From: an uncultured Clostridia bacterium
GTDB taxonomy: Bacteria > Bacillota > Clostridia > Christensenellales > Borkfalkiaceae
Direction of reading: 5' to 3'
NCBI GenBank assembly: GCA_937915565.1
Contig: CALDMH010000108.1
Span: 1-57,501 of the forward strand
DNA length: 57,501 nucleotides
Part shown: positions 43,931 to 53,000 of the stretch, one piece after another
Layout: the number at the start of each line of letters is the position of its first letter
Numbering within the stretch: the stretch's first letter is position 1
Notes under the pieces: generated by a model
Seen by the model: only the letters and a program-made list of their open reading frames with translations
Told to the model about the DNA's origin: nothing
Databases searched by the model: none
Position numbers and translations under genes: made by a program

Positions 43931-45292
43931 ATGAAAAAAGGATTGAAATGGATATTTGCCGCAGCGGCTCTCACGGTTGCCGTTTCCTCGCTCGCAGTTC
44001 CCGCAAAGCAGGCCTTTGCGGAAGAGCAGGAGGGTTATTCGGTGGAGATGACCGAGGACGAAAACCTTGCGGAAAACAAGTGGGACTGGGCAACCGATAA
44101 GGTCGGCGCGGCGAACACTTATTTCACTGCCGGCAAAGGCTTCACCGTTCAGGATTTCAACCGCGGCGGCGGAGCGTTCGGCGTTTATAAAACCAATCGT
44201 TTAAACGAGTTTAAATACTCGATGTACGCAAATCTCAACCTCACCTATCCTTCGGCGAAAGGGTTTTCGGGGTACAACTTCGATTACTCCAACTTCTATC
44301 TTTCGTTTTTGATAGACGCCGACCCCGTCGTTCCCTCGAATTCCTGCCCGTGGAGCGGCAACGCCGCTTACGTTTGTCTTTCTTTTGAGGAAAGATACGA
44401 CGCGGCCACCGGAACCGAGAACGACATAACCTCGTTTTACGTCAACGAGTGCTGGAACAGGCACGGCGACGAGAGAGCTATCGTAAAAGACGTGAGAGAC
44501 GTCGATTTCAACGACGGAAAATTCCACTGGTACGAACTCGAAGTTAAAAACTTTAAAGATACGAAAACTATGCCGAACGGCTCTGCTACTACCGTTACGG
44601 GAAAGAGAATTAAATTCTTCTTCGACGGCGAAGAGAAGATGAGTTACGACCTCGTTGACGGCGAAAGGGCAACCGCATCCGCCGGCGGCGACAGAAGGTA
44701 CGTAAACTTCACCGCTTTGGACGGTTATCTCGGCTATTGGACGGATACGGATTTCCCCGTAGGCGCGCTTAAAGATAAAACCGATTGCTTCGTGGAAATT
44801 CAGAAGGTTAAAATCGTAGACCTCTCAACGGGCGTGTCTTTCAAAAAATGCGCCGCTCCCGAATTTGAAATCGAGGAGCTCGACTGGTCGCCCTCCGAAT
44901 GCGAAGTCGGCGACGAAATAGAGCTTAAACTTTCCAAGCTTTTCGCTTACGAAGGCGACGAAACGCTTGCTTACGAAATCACCTGCAACGGCGAGCCGAT
45001 AGGCGAAATCCGCAACGGATTCTGGGTTTACACCCCCGATAAGGCGGGCGAGTTCGATATTGACTTTAAGGCGATAGCCGGCTCGAAAACCAAAATCGCT
45101 TACAGAACGCTTCGCGTTTCGCAGGGCGAACAACCCCCTGCGCAGGAGAGCGGTAAGCCTGCGGACGGCAGTGGCAGCGATTCTCAGGCAGGTTTGACAG
45201 GCGGCGGCTGCAACGGTTCGCTTGCGTTGAATTTCGCGTTTTTGCCGCTTATCGTCGCGGCGGGCGCGGTTGCGAAAAAATTTAAGAAATAA
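43931..45292 (+). CDS. secreted surface protein (453 aa) with Cys-containing C-terminal anchor, function unknown
   Basis: It has a signal peptide ending AFAEE, a jelly-roll-like N-terminal region and an Ig-like C-terminal region. The tail reads GLTGGGCNGSLALNFAFLPLIVAAGAVAKKFKK. Confidence 0.8.
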   Translation: MKKGLKWIFAAAALTVAVSSLAVPAKQAFAEEQEGYSVEMTEDENLAENKWDWATDKVGAANTYFTAGKGFTVQDFNRGGGAFGVYKTNRLNEFKYSMYANLNLTYPSAKGFSGYNFDYSNFYLSFLIDADPVVPSNSCPWSGNAAYVCLSFEERYDAATGTENDITSFYVNECWNRHGDERAIVKDVRDVDFNDGKFHWYELEVKNFKDTKTMPNGSATTVTGKRIKFFFDGEEKMSYDLVDGERATASAGGDRRYVNFTALDGYLGYWTDTDFPVGALKDKTDCFVEIQKVKIVDLSTGVSFKKCAAPEFEIEELDWSPSECEVGDEIELKLSKLFAYEGDETLAYEITCNGEPIGEIRNGFWVYTPDKAGEFDIDFKAIAGSKTKIAYRTLRVSQGEQPPAQESGKPADGSGSDSQAGLTGGGCNGSLALNFAFLPLIVAAGAVAKKFKK

Positions 45293-45299
45293 CGTGTGA

Positions 45300-45335
45300 G
45301 AAGTTGCGTCCGTTTTGATGAACGAACGCAACTTC
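45300..45335 (+). other. intra-operon 10-bp stem-loop without T-run
   Basis: Stem GAAGTTGCGT/ACGCAACTTC with a 16-nt loop, 8 nt after the stop codon of the surface-protein gene. Confidence 0.5.
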
Positions 45336-45390
45336 CGTAGGGAGAACAATGAAAAATCAACGGTTTTTTCGTTGGTCTCGGGAGGAATAA

Positions 45391-46947
45391 ATGAAAAAGA
45401 AAATATTGTGCGCGGTGTTCGCCGCGTTTATGCTCGCGGCGGCGGGGTGCGGAACGGCCTCCGGCTCTGTGGAACAGGGAAGCAATTCCCTGCAAAGCGA
45501 ATCTTCTTCCAAAAGCGGGGAAGAATTGGAGAGCGTAGAAGTGAAAAAGGGATATAAAGCATACGAGGTTTCGGCCTCGAACGGTAAAAAAACCACGGGC
45601 TTCGGTGCGCAGTTCGACACGCTCATCGTCGAACCGCAAAACTCTCTTTCGGACGAGGACTGGGTGAAATATCAGGTAAACGTTATAAAAGAAACGAACC
45701 TTCAATGCGTAAGGGTAAGGTTTTTCCCCGAATGTTACGAGAGAGGAAACGATAACGACGACCCCGACGTTTTCGATTATTCGAGTCCGAACGTGGATTT
45801 TGAAAGCGCAGAGATGAAGCAGTATTACAAACTTTTCGACGCTTTCGAGGAGAACGACGTCGCGGTTGATTTAAGCTGGTACGGTTGCAGAACCACGTTC
45901 AAATCACAGGACGGCAAGATTAACGGCAGCTGGCTCGGCGGAGTTTACGGGCAGGACGGCGTGAACGCTTGGAGTGTTATGCCGAGGCTCGGCGCAAATC
46001 CGGAGGACGAATTTGCGGAATCCGTTTCGGCTTGCCTTAAATATCTTTTCGAGGTGAAGAAATACACCTGTATCAAGGAGTTCAGCATATTCCCCGAACC
46101 CGACGGAATGACCACCGAAGAAGGGCAGTTCGCAAGGATAGCTTCCAAGGTTTTGAAAAGGCTCGAAAAGGACGGCATACGCGATAAAATCGTGTTCTCC
46201 GGCCCTGCGGATTACGGCAACAACCCGTCGAGATTCGACGAGATGTATTTATCGAAAACCAAGTTCGATAAAGCCACTTCGTCCGTTTACAAATGGGATA
46301 TAGAAGGCTACAACGAGGATATGCTCGAATTTGCAAAGGGCTATTCCGCCGTTACGGATAAATACGGAATTCCTTGGAGCATAGCCGAAAGCGGAACGAA
46401 AAACTTCATAGACCCCGTTCACAACAAGGACAGCGAAACTTACGACAGAGCGCTTTATATGGCTCGTTTTATGATAAATATGATGAACGGCGGTTGCACG
46501 GGCATCAAATATTTCGTGTTCTCCGATTGTTATTACGACGGCGCGCTCAATAAACTCGGGTTGTTCTGTTTCAGCCACGAAAACTGGGCGGCAAAACCGG
46601 TGTTCTATTCCTGGTCGCTCATAATGAAGTACACGGAAAGAGAAAGCGAAATTTTCCCCGTCGAAACCGAAGGCGACGACGTGAATATGGTTGCGTTTAA
46701 GATGCCGGACGGAAGTTGGAGTTATATGATGGCCAACAACGGAGAGGAAAACGTTAAAATCGCCGTTGTGAACAAGCGTGCCGACAGGCCGGGCGATATG
46801 AACGTCTATAAACTCACCGAGGCGAGAATGCCGGAAAACAGAGAACTTAAAACCATTGCGAAGAGCGAAACCGTAAACGCCGAAAACGGAGTCGTTTACG
46901 TCACTCTTCCCGCAAGGTCGTTCGTGGTTATATCGGATAAGAAATGA
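45391..46947 (+). CDS. lipoprotein, putative clan GH-A-like (beta/alpha)8 glycoside hydrolase, family unresolved (paralog 1)
   Basis: Lipobox AAAGCG and a Ser-rich linker. Motifs GFGAQFDT, a candidate acid/base in FPEPDG and a candidate nucleophile in WSIAESG. A C-terminal beta-sandwich-like region is present. It is paralogous to the next gene. Confidence 0.45.
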   Translation: MKKKILCAVFAAFMLAAAGCGTASGSVEQGSNSLQSESSSKSGEELESVEVKKGYKAYEVSASNGKKTTGFGAQFDTLIVEPQNSLSDEDWVKYQVNVIKETNLQCVRVRFFPECYERGNDNDDPDVFDYSSPNVDFESAEMKQYYKLFDAFEENDVAVDLSWYGCRTTFKSQDGKINGSWLGGVYGQDGVNAWSVMPRLGANPEDEFAESVSACLKYLFEVKKYTCIKEFSIFPEPDGMTTEEGQFARIASKVLKRLEKDGIRDKIVFSGPADYGNNPSRFDEMYLSKTKFDKATSSVYKWDIEGYNEDMLEFAKGYSAVTDKYGIPWSIAESGTKNFIDPVHNKDSETYDRALYMARFMINMMNGGCTGIKYFVFSDCYYDGALNKLGLFCFSHENWAAKPVFYSWSLIMKYTERESEIFPVETEGDDVNMVAFKMPDGSWSYMMANNGEENVKIAVVNKRADRPGDMNVYKLTEARMPENRELKTIAKSETVNAENGVVYVTLPARSFVVISDKK

Positions 46948-48536
46948 TGAAAAAATTATTATGTATTTTAACGGCGGCGTTTATGCTCGTTCTGGCGTGC
47001 GCCTGCGGCAATAATCCGGCGGATAATTCAAACTCCGGCGGCGGAAGTTCGTCGGGTAACGGCGAATCGTCTTCCGAAATCACCGTAACCGGCGGTTACA
47101 CCGTTCACGAAATCAAAGAAGAAAGCGGTTACGAAGTGGGCGGCTACGGCGCGCAAATCGACACCGACCAGTTTATGCCGTTCAACAACCTTACGGACGA
47201 AGAGAGAACGATGCTCAAAACCCGTATAAGCGAAATGAACGTTCAGTACACCCGTATAAAGATGTTCGGCGAATATTTCGAGATGGCGAACGACAACGAC
47301 GACCCGAACGTGTTCGATTACGACGCCGCTGGCGTGTTCTTCGATTCCACCGAAATGAAGGCGTTATACGAAGTTCTCGATCTTTGCGAAGAAAACGGAA
47401 TAAAGGTCGATTTAAGCTGGTATAACTGCAATTCCACGTTCAAGGCGTACGACCAGACCGACGAGAACGGCAAGCTTTATCAGGGAACGTGGATGGGATA
47501 TTCGTTCGACGAAGTGAACACCTGGTGCACCGCGCCGAGAATGACCGACGATTTCGACGGTTACGCCGAGCAAGCCGAAAACATTGCGGTTTGCCTCGAT
47601 TATCTCATCAATAAGAAAAAATACACCTGCATTTACGGTTTCAGTTTTATTGCGGAGGGCTTTTATTCTCCCAAAGGAATCGTTTGGGACGAATACGTCA
47701 AATGCTGCGACGTGATAAACAAAAGGCTCATAAAGGACGGCCTGAAAGATAAAGTGATTTTTATCGGCACCTCCAACGAATCCAAAAATATGAAGATATT
47801 CGAGGAGTTGCAAACGCCGCTCAAAGATATTTTCGATATAGGCGGATTCGGGTTGTATCACTGGGACCTTTCGGATTTAAAGACGAATCGTTACACGCAA
47901 GCGGATTATTTTGAGAACCTCAAAGCCGTGTGCGACCGCCTCGGTTACGACGGTTTTGCCGTTCCGGAATTCTGCACGCACAACAGGCACGCGCTCAACG
48001 CCACCACTTGGGACGACGTTGAGGATTACGACGCCGCCTTGTGGCACGCGACGCTCGTTATCGACGCCGCGAAGTACGGTTTCACCACGCTCAATCACTA
48101 TATTATCGGCGACACGTTCTTCACGAATTCTTACGTTCACACGATGGGACTTTGGACGTATCGCGATAACGGCTGGAAGGCTCACCCCGCGTATTACGTC
48201 TGGGCTATGATTTGCAAATACACCGACGTCGGCGCAAAGGTTTACAACGTCGATTTCGACAGAGATGAAGACGTGATGACTGCGGCTTTCCTCTTGCCGG
48301 ACGGTGGCTGGACGTATCTTGCCGTTAATTTCGGCGACGAAACGGAAAAAGTCGCGTTTGTGAACAAAAACGGTAACAAGCCGGGCAAGGTTAATCTCTA
48401 TCGCTTAACCGAGAGCGCGATTCCCGAAAACAGAGTTTGCGAAACTCCCGATAAATACGGCGAAGAGGACGGCTCGGACGGAGTCGTTTACTTAAAAGCT
48501 TCGCCGATGAGTTTAACGGTCGTTTCGACGAGATAA
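46944..48536 (+). CDS. lipoprotein, putative glycoside hydrolase (paralog 2)
   Basis: Lipobox LACACG. It is collinear with paralog 1 (NDNDDPNVFDY, VDLSWYNC, KKYTCI, ... VNLYRLTE). The start overlaps the previous stop codon (ATGATG). Confidence 0.45.
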   Translation: MMKKLLCILTAAFMLVLACACGNNPADNSNSGGGSSSGNGESSSEITVTGGYTVHEIKEESGYEVGGYGAQIDTDQFMPFNNLTDEERTMLKTRISEMNVQYTRIKMFGEYFEMANDNDDPNVFDYDAAGVFFDSTEMKALYEVLDLCEENGIKVDLSWYNCNSTFKAYDQTDENGKLYQGTWMGYSFDEVNTWCTAPRMTDDFDGYAEQAENIAVCLDYLINKKKYTCIYGFSFIAEGFYSPKGIVWDEYVKCCDVINKRLIKDGLKDKVIFIGTSNESKNMKIFEELQTPLKDIFDIGGFGLYHWDLSDLKTNRYTQADYFENLKAVCDRLGYDGFAVPEFCTHNRHALNATTWDDVEDYDAALWHATLVIDAAKYGFTTLNHYIIGDTFFTNSYVHTMGLWTYRDNGWKAHPAYYVWAMICKYTDVGAKVYNVDFDRDEDVMTAAFLLPDGGWTYLAVNFGDETEKVAFVNKNGNKPGKVNLYRLTESAIPENRVCETPDKYGEEDGSDGVVYLKASPMSLTVVSTR

Positions 48537-48549
48537 AAAGGAGAACGTT

Positions 48550-50481
48550 ATGAAAAGAGGGAAAGTTATATTGACGGCGGCTTCGTTGGTCGCGGCGGCG
48601 GCTCTTGCCGTCGGCGCGCCGCTCGGGGCTTCCCGCGCAAATGCGGAACAAATCGCCAACACGCAAAAACACGCAAGCAATCTTTCAATATCGCCTGCGG
48701 TTATAACGGAAGTTAAAAACGCGGCGCATCTCGACGAAATGCTCGCCGCGCCCTTCGCTCCGTCCACGCTTATTTACAGGGTGAACGACGAACTGCAAAT
48801 CGTCGACGGCGAAAATTCTTACGCTTTTGCGGATATGTTTACGAAAATGCGCAAAAAAACGGTCGCCGTGGTAAACCTCACTTCCACGGTTCAGGCCGAC
48901 AAGCTTAAAGAGTTTATAACGACGAAGAAAATCGAAGATATTTCCGTTATGAGCAAGGATATTTCGGTGCTTACCTATGCGAGAAATCTTATGCCGAGAG
49001 TGAGAGGCGTTGCCGATTTTTCGGAAAGAGAACTCGGAAACAGCCTTGCGGACGAAGTTGAAGAATCGCACAAGGCGGGCGCGAACGTCATCGTTTTAAG
49101 CGCGGAGCAATCGACGAGGGAAACGGTTTCGTATTTCCAGTCGGTCGTGACCACGGTGTGGACTTACGGCGGCGAATTAAAAACCGCTTACGACGTTGCG
49201 AAGCTCGTTTCAACCGAAACTTACGGAATAATCGCCGATAATTACGGATTGTGTTATTCGGCTTATTCTCTTTACGAAAAAGGTTCGCTCGGCAGGTCGT
49301 TTTATAACATTGCGCACAGGGGCTTGCCCCACACCGAGGCGGAGAACTCTTTGGAGGGCTTCGTTGCCGCAGTGGAGGCGGGCGCTACGCACATAGAAAT
49401 CGACGTTAAGGTCACCGCGGATAACGAACTCGTCATAATGCACGACAACGAACTTTCCCGCACGACGAACGGAAGCGGAAATATCGAATCGATGACCACG
49501 GAGCAACTCCGCAATATAAAAATCACAAAAACTTATGACGGAAACGACGTCGCGCCCGTAAATATTCCTACTTTGGACGAGGTGTTCGATTTTCTTGAAA
49601 CCAACGACGCGCGTTTGTTCCTCGAAATAAAAACCGAAAAGGACAATTTCTGCGGACTTCTTAAAAGCAAACTTGAAAAACGCAATAAGCTTCGCGGAAG
49701 AATCGCCGTAATAACGTTCAGCACGAAGCAACTGAAAAATATGAGAGCGATTTTGCCCGAACTTCCGCTCGTTTCGCTCAACGCCGTGGCTTACGACGAT
49801 ATGGGCAACGGCGCGCTGGGCGACCTTGCGCAAAACAATATGGTTTTCTCAAATGCTTTCGATTACGACACTCTTGCCAACAGAAACCTTAAAAGTCGCG
49901 GATATATGGCGTTTTCCTGGACGTTCGACACGAAGGTTGCCGCCGCGGGAGTCGCCGTTAAGGGTTGCCTCGGCATAACCAACAACGCCGCGGACCAAGT
50001 GGGCAAATTCACCCGCAAAATAGAGGCGAGAAGCGGAGGAGAAATCGTCAGGAGCAACGATTATAAAGGCAAAAACGTTATCGTCGAAGCCGTTTCTTAC
50101 GACGGCGAACGCAATGCCGTAACGGGGAAAATCGCGTTTTACGAGGAAACGGCGGACGGCATAAACGCTATAATTTCTTATAACGACGGCAATTATACGG
50201 TTTATTCCTCGCCCGTTTATTTAAGTATCAGGGAAGAAGACGCCAACGAAAGCGACGTGGAAAGCGTTGAAAGCGGCGGAAAGGAATCCTCTTCCGGAAG
50301 CGGAAATCAATCCGACGCGGGCGAAAGTGTCGAAGGCGGCTCGAACGATTCGGGCTCGGCTTCCGGCGGCACGACTTCCGGCGGCGGATGCGGCGGCGGA
50401 GTGAACGGAGCGGGCTTCTTCGGCTTAATGGCGGCGTTGGCCGTTGCCGGAATAATTTGCGGAAAGAAAATTCGCAAATAA
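48550..50481 (+). CDS. secreted surface protein with glycerophosphodiester phosphodiesterase (GDPD) domain and Cys-containing C-terminal anchor
   Basis: It has a signal peptide. GDPD motifs are IAHRG.P..EAENS, E.GATHIEIDV and VIMHD. The tail reads TTSGGGCGGGVNGAGFFGLMAALAVAGIICGKKIRK. Confidence 0.8.
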   Translation: MKRGKVILTAASLVAAAALAVGAPLGASRANAEQIANTQKHASNLSISPAVITEVKNAAHLDEMLAAPFAPSTLIYRVNDELQIVDGENSYAFADMFTKMRKKTVAVVNLTSTVQADKLKEFITTKKIEDISVMSKDISVLTYARNLMPRVRGVADFSERELGNSLADEVEESHKAGANVIVLSAEQSTRETVSYFQSVVTTVWTYGGELKTAYDVAKLVSTETYGIIADNYGLCYSAYSLYEKGSLGRSFYNIAHRGLPHTEAENSLEGFVAAVEAGATHIEIDVKVTADNELVIMHDNELSRTTNGSGNIESMTTEQLRNIKITKTYDGNDVAPVNIPTLDEVFDFLETNDARLFLEIKTEKDNFCGLLKSKLEKRNKLRGRIAVITFSTKQLKNMRAILPELPLVSLNAVAYDDMGNGALGDLAQNNMVFSNAFDYDTLANRNLKSRGYMAFSWTFDTKVAAAGVAVKGCLGITNNAADQVGKFTRKIEARSGGEIVRSNDYKGKNVIVEAVSYDGERNAVTGKIAFYEETADGINAIISYNDGNYTVYSSPVYLSIREEDANESDVESVESGGKESSSGSGNQSDAGESVEGGSNDSGSASGGTTSGGGCGGGVNGAGFFGLMAALAVAGIICGKKIRK

Positions 50482-50497
50482 TTGCAAATAATAACTT

Positions 50498-51862
50498 ATG
50501 AACGGGTTAAACCAAAAGCCTCGGCTGCATTACGCGCCGCAAAGCGGAATGCTCAACGACCCTAACGGGTTATATTACGATTCCGCCTCGGGATTATATC
50601 ACGTTTTTTATCAATATCAACTCGGAATTTTCGGCGACGGCTTCGTAAAATGGGGACACGCCGCGGGGAAAACCTTGTTTTCGCTTAACGAATATCCTTA
50701 CGCCGTCGGGATAAAACCCGGCGTAGGCGCATTCTCCGGCGGCGCGATAATCGACGAGGGAAACGCCTCGGGGCTGTTTTCAAAGGTTTCAAAGCCTTGC
50801 TCGCGCGCGTTTTTCGCGTTCACCGAGTGTAATCTGGAAACTCGCGCGGAGAAACAGAATTGCGCTTATTCGGAGGACGGATTCAGGATAAAAAAGGGCG
50901 GAACAATCGTTGAAAACGACGCTCTGCGCTTTGCGCCGAACACGTTCAGAGACCCTTCCTTATTCAGGTTTGACGGCAGGTTTTTTATGATGACCGGCGG
51001 TTGCGAGTTAAGGTTGTTTTCTTCGGACGATTTAAAAAACTGGAAATTCGAGTCGTTTGTGGAAAACGTTGCGGCGAGCGATAATGCGATTATCGGCGAT
51101 ATGAACGAAATAAGGAAGTATCTTCCGCTTAACGACCCCGAAAGCGAGAAAATGGCAGGCGAATGTCCCGACGTTTTCCGCTTGAAAGGCGGCGAGGATA
51201 ACGAATTTTTCCTTTCGGCGGGCGGCGTGTTCTTCGTTTCCGGAATGATGACGAAAAAGGACGGCGTTTACCGATTCGAGCCGAAAGGCGAAAGAACGAA
51301 GTCGGTTTATTCGGCGGATTTCTTTTCGGGGAAAGGTGAAGCTTACGCGATGCAAACTTTCCGAGGTTTAAAAAGTCCCGTCGCCTTGTTTTGGTTGCGA
51401 GATTTGCCTCGGGAGCAAAACAAACCTTTCAACGGCTGTTTGTCGCTTCCTTATGAAGTTTATTCTCGTTGCGGCGAAATCAGGTTTAAAACCACGCGCG
51501 AATATTCGGAACTCATAAGAGAGGATTATCGCGGCGGAAATTTTCTTGAAATAACTTCAAAAGACGAAAATTTTTCTTTCGTCGTCGGTTACGGCGATAA
51601 AGAAATCCCTTTCGTTGCCGACGAAAACGGGCTTAAAATCGGGCTGAAAGGCAGTTTCGGGTTTACGGAGGATATTTTCATTCCGCGCGTAAACGAAACG
51701 CAGGATTTTTTCGTTTTATTCGACGGTTACGTCGTAGAAGGGCTTTATCAGGGCAGATTGTTTTCGTTTTTTAACGATAATTATTCGTTTTTGCCGTTTA
51801 AAACGGAAGTGCGACGCGGAAAACCGAATATAAGTCAAATAATGCTAAACAAAGAGCAATAA
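50498..51862 (+). CDS. GH32 family glycoside hydrolase (beta-fructofuranosidase / sucrose-6-phosphate hydrolase-like), cytoplasmic
   Basis: Motifs MLNDPNG (WMNDPNG block), FRDPS (RDP block) and GECPD (EC block). No signal peptide. Confidence 0.8.
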   Translation: MNGLNQKPRLHYAPQSGMLNDPNGLYYDSASGLYHVFYQYQLGIFGDGFVKWGHAAGKTLFSLNEYPYAVGIKPGVGAFSGGAIIDEGNASGLFSKVSKPCSRAFFAFTECNLETRAEKQNCAYSEDGFRIKKGGTIVENDALRFAPNTFRDPSLFRFDGRFFMMTGGCELRLFSSDDLKNWKFESFVENVAASDNAIIGDMNEIRKYLPLNDPESEKMAGECPDVFRLKGGEDNEFFLSAGGVFFVSGMMTKKDGVYRFEPKGERTKSVYSADFFSGKGEAYAMQTFRGLKSPVALFWLRDLPREQNKPFNGCLSLPYEVYSRCGEIRFKTTREYSELIREDYRGGNFLEITSKDENFSFVVGYGDKEIPFVADENGLKIGLKGSFGFTEDIFIPRVNETQDFFVLFDGYVVEGLYQGRLFSFFNDNYSFLPFKTEVRRGKPNISQIMLNKEQ

Positions 51863-51878
51863 ATCGTTAAAATTTGTA

Positions 51879-51906
51879 TTGTTAAAATAAAAAATAAATT
51901 TATAAT
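51879..51906 (+). promoter_or_regulatory. candidate internal promoter upstream of the oxidoreductase cassette
   Basis: TTGTTA, a 16-nt spacer, then TATAAT (51901-51906). Confidence 0.4.
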
Positions 51907-51924
51907 AGTAACGTGGAGAAAAAT

Positions 51925-52995
51925 ATGGATAAAAAATATTGCATAGCCGTGGTCGGATGCGGCAGAATAGCCAGCAACGCGCATTTTCCTGCTTTTAAAG
52001 CTCTCGGAAACGTAAGGGTTAAGTACGCCTGCGATATTATCGAAAGCAAGGCGCAGGCAAAAAAGAACGAGTACGATTTCGTTGAAAACGCGATAACCGA
52101 TTACAAAATCGCTCTTGCCGACCCTGAGGTGGAAGTTGTTTACGTTCTCACGCCCAATTTCGCTCATTACACGATAGCTATGGACGCGCTTAAAGCGGGC
52201 AAACACGTTTTTTGCGAAAAACCGATAACGGTAAATTACAAACTTTCCTGCGAAATGGCGGAGGAAGCCAAAAAACAGGGCAAAATTCTCAATATCGGCG
52301 TTTGCAACCGTTATAACAAGTCGGTTGAGCTTCTCGAAGAGATGAATAAAGCGGGAAGATTCGGAAAAATCTATCACGTTTATTGCTCGTTCAGGAGTTA
52401 TCGTTGTATCCCGGGGCTCGGCGGAGCTTTCACCACGAAGGAGCAGTCCGGCGGCGGAGTGCTTATCGATTGGGGCGTGCATTTCCTCGATTTGATTTTG
52501 TATATTCTCGGCGGGGCGAAACTTAAAACGGTCACTTGCGACGCTTATTCCGAAATGGCGAAGAATATGAAAGATTATAAGTATCTCGGAATGTGGGCGG
52601 AGGATACGAAGGACTTAAACGGAACGAACGACGTCGACGATTTCATAAGCGGACATATCCGCACGGACAAAGCTTCGATAAGTTTTAACGGCGCGTGGGC
52701 GCAGAACGTCGGCGAGGACGATATGTATATCGATTTTATGGGCGATAAAGGCGGAGCGCGTCTTTCTTACGGCGGTAATTTCCGCTTCTGGACGACCGAC
52801 GAAAACGGCGAGCTTTGCGAAATCAAATATAATTACAACATACCGAGCCAGATAGAGTGCGAGGACAGAGCGTTTTTAAGCGCGACGAGAACGGGCGAGC
52901 ATACCAAGACGTATATCGATAACGTTCTCGAATCGGCAAAACTTCTCGACGCGTTATACGAATCTGCCGAAAAGAAAAAGGAAATAAGTTTATAA
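51925..52995 (+). CDS. Gfo/Idh/MocA-family NAD(P)-dependent oxidoreductase
   Basis: Rossmann motif VVGCGRIASNAH and the EKP motif (VFCEKPIT). The ATG at 51925 follows GGAGA. Confidence 0.88.
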   Translation: MDKKYCIAVVGCGRIASNAHFPAFKALGNVRVKYACDIIESKAQAKKNEYDFVENAITDYKIALADPEVEVVYVLTPNFAHYTIAMDALKAGKHVFCEKPITVNYKLSCEMAEEAKKQGKILNIGVCNRYNKSVELLEEMNKAGRFGKIYHVYCSFRSYRCIPGLGGAFTTKEQSGGGVLIDWGVHFLDLILYILGGAKLKTVTCDAYSEMAKNMKDYKYLGMWAEDTKDLNGTNDVDDFISGHIRTDKASISFNGAWAQNVGEDDMYIDFMGDKGGARLSYGGNFRFWTTDENGELCEIKYNYNIPSQIECEDRAFLSATRTGEHTKTYIDNVLESAKLLDALYESAEKKKEISL

Positions 52996-53000
52996 ACGTT

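Noticed and set aside
51829-51841. Possible extra copies of the 13-nt word inside coding regions: TATAAGTCAAATA at 51829, and 10-nt cores at about 17447 and about 41948.
   Set aside because: They have only 10-11 matching positions, lie inside conserved coding sequence, and lack the A-run/T-run frame. They are compatible with chance and are not counted among the six copies.
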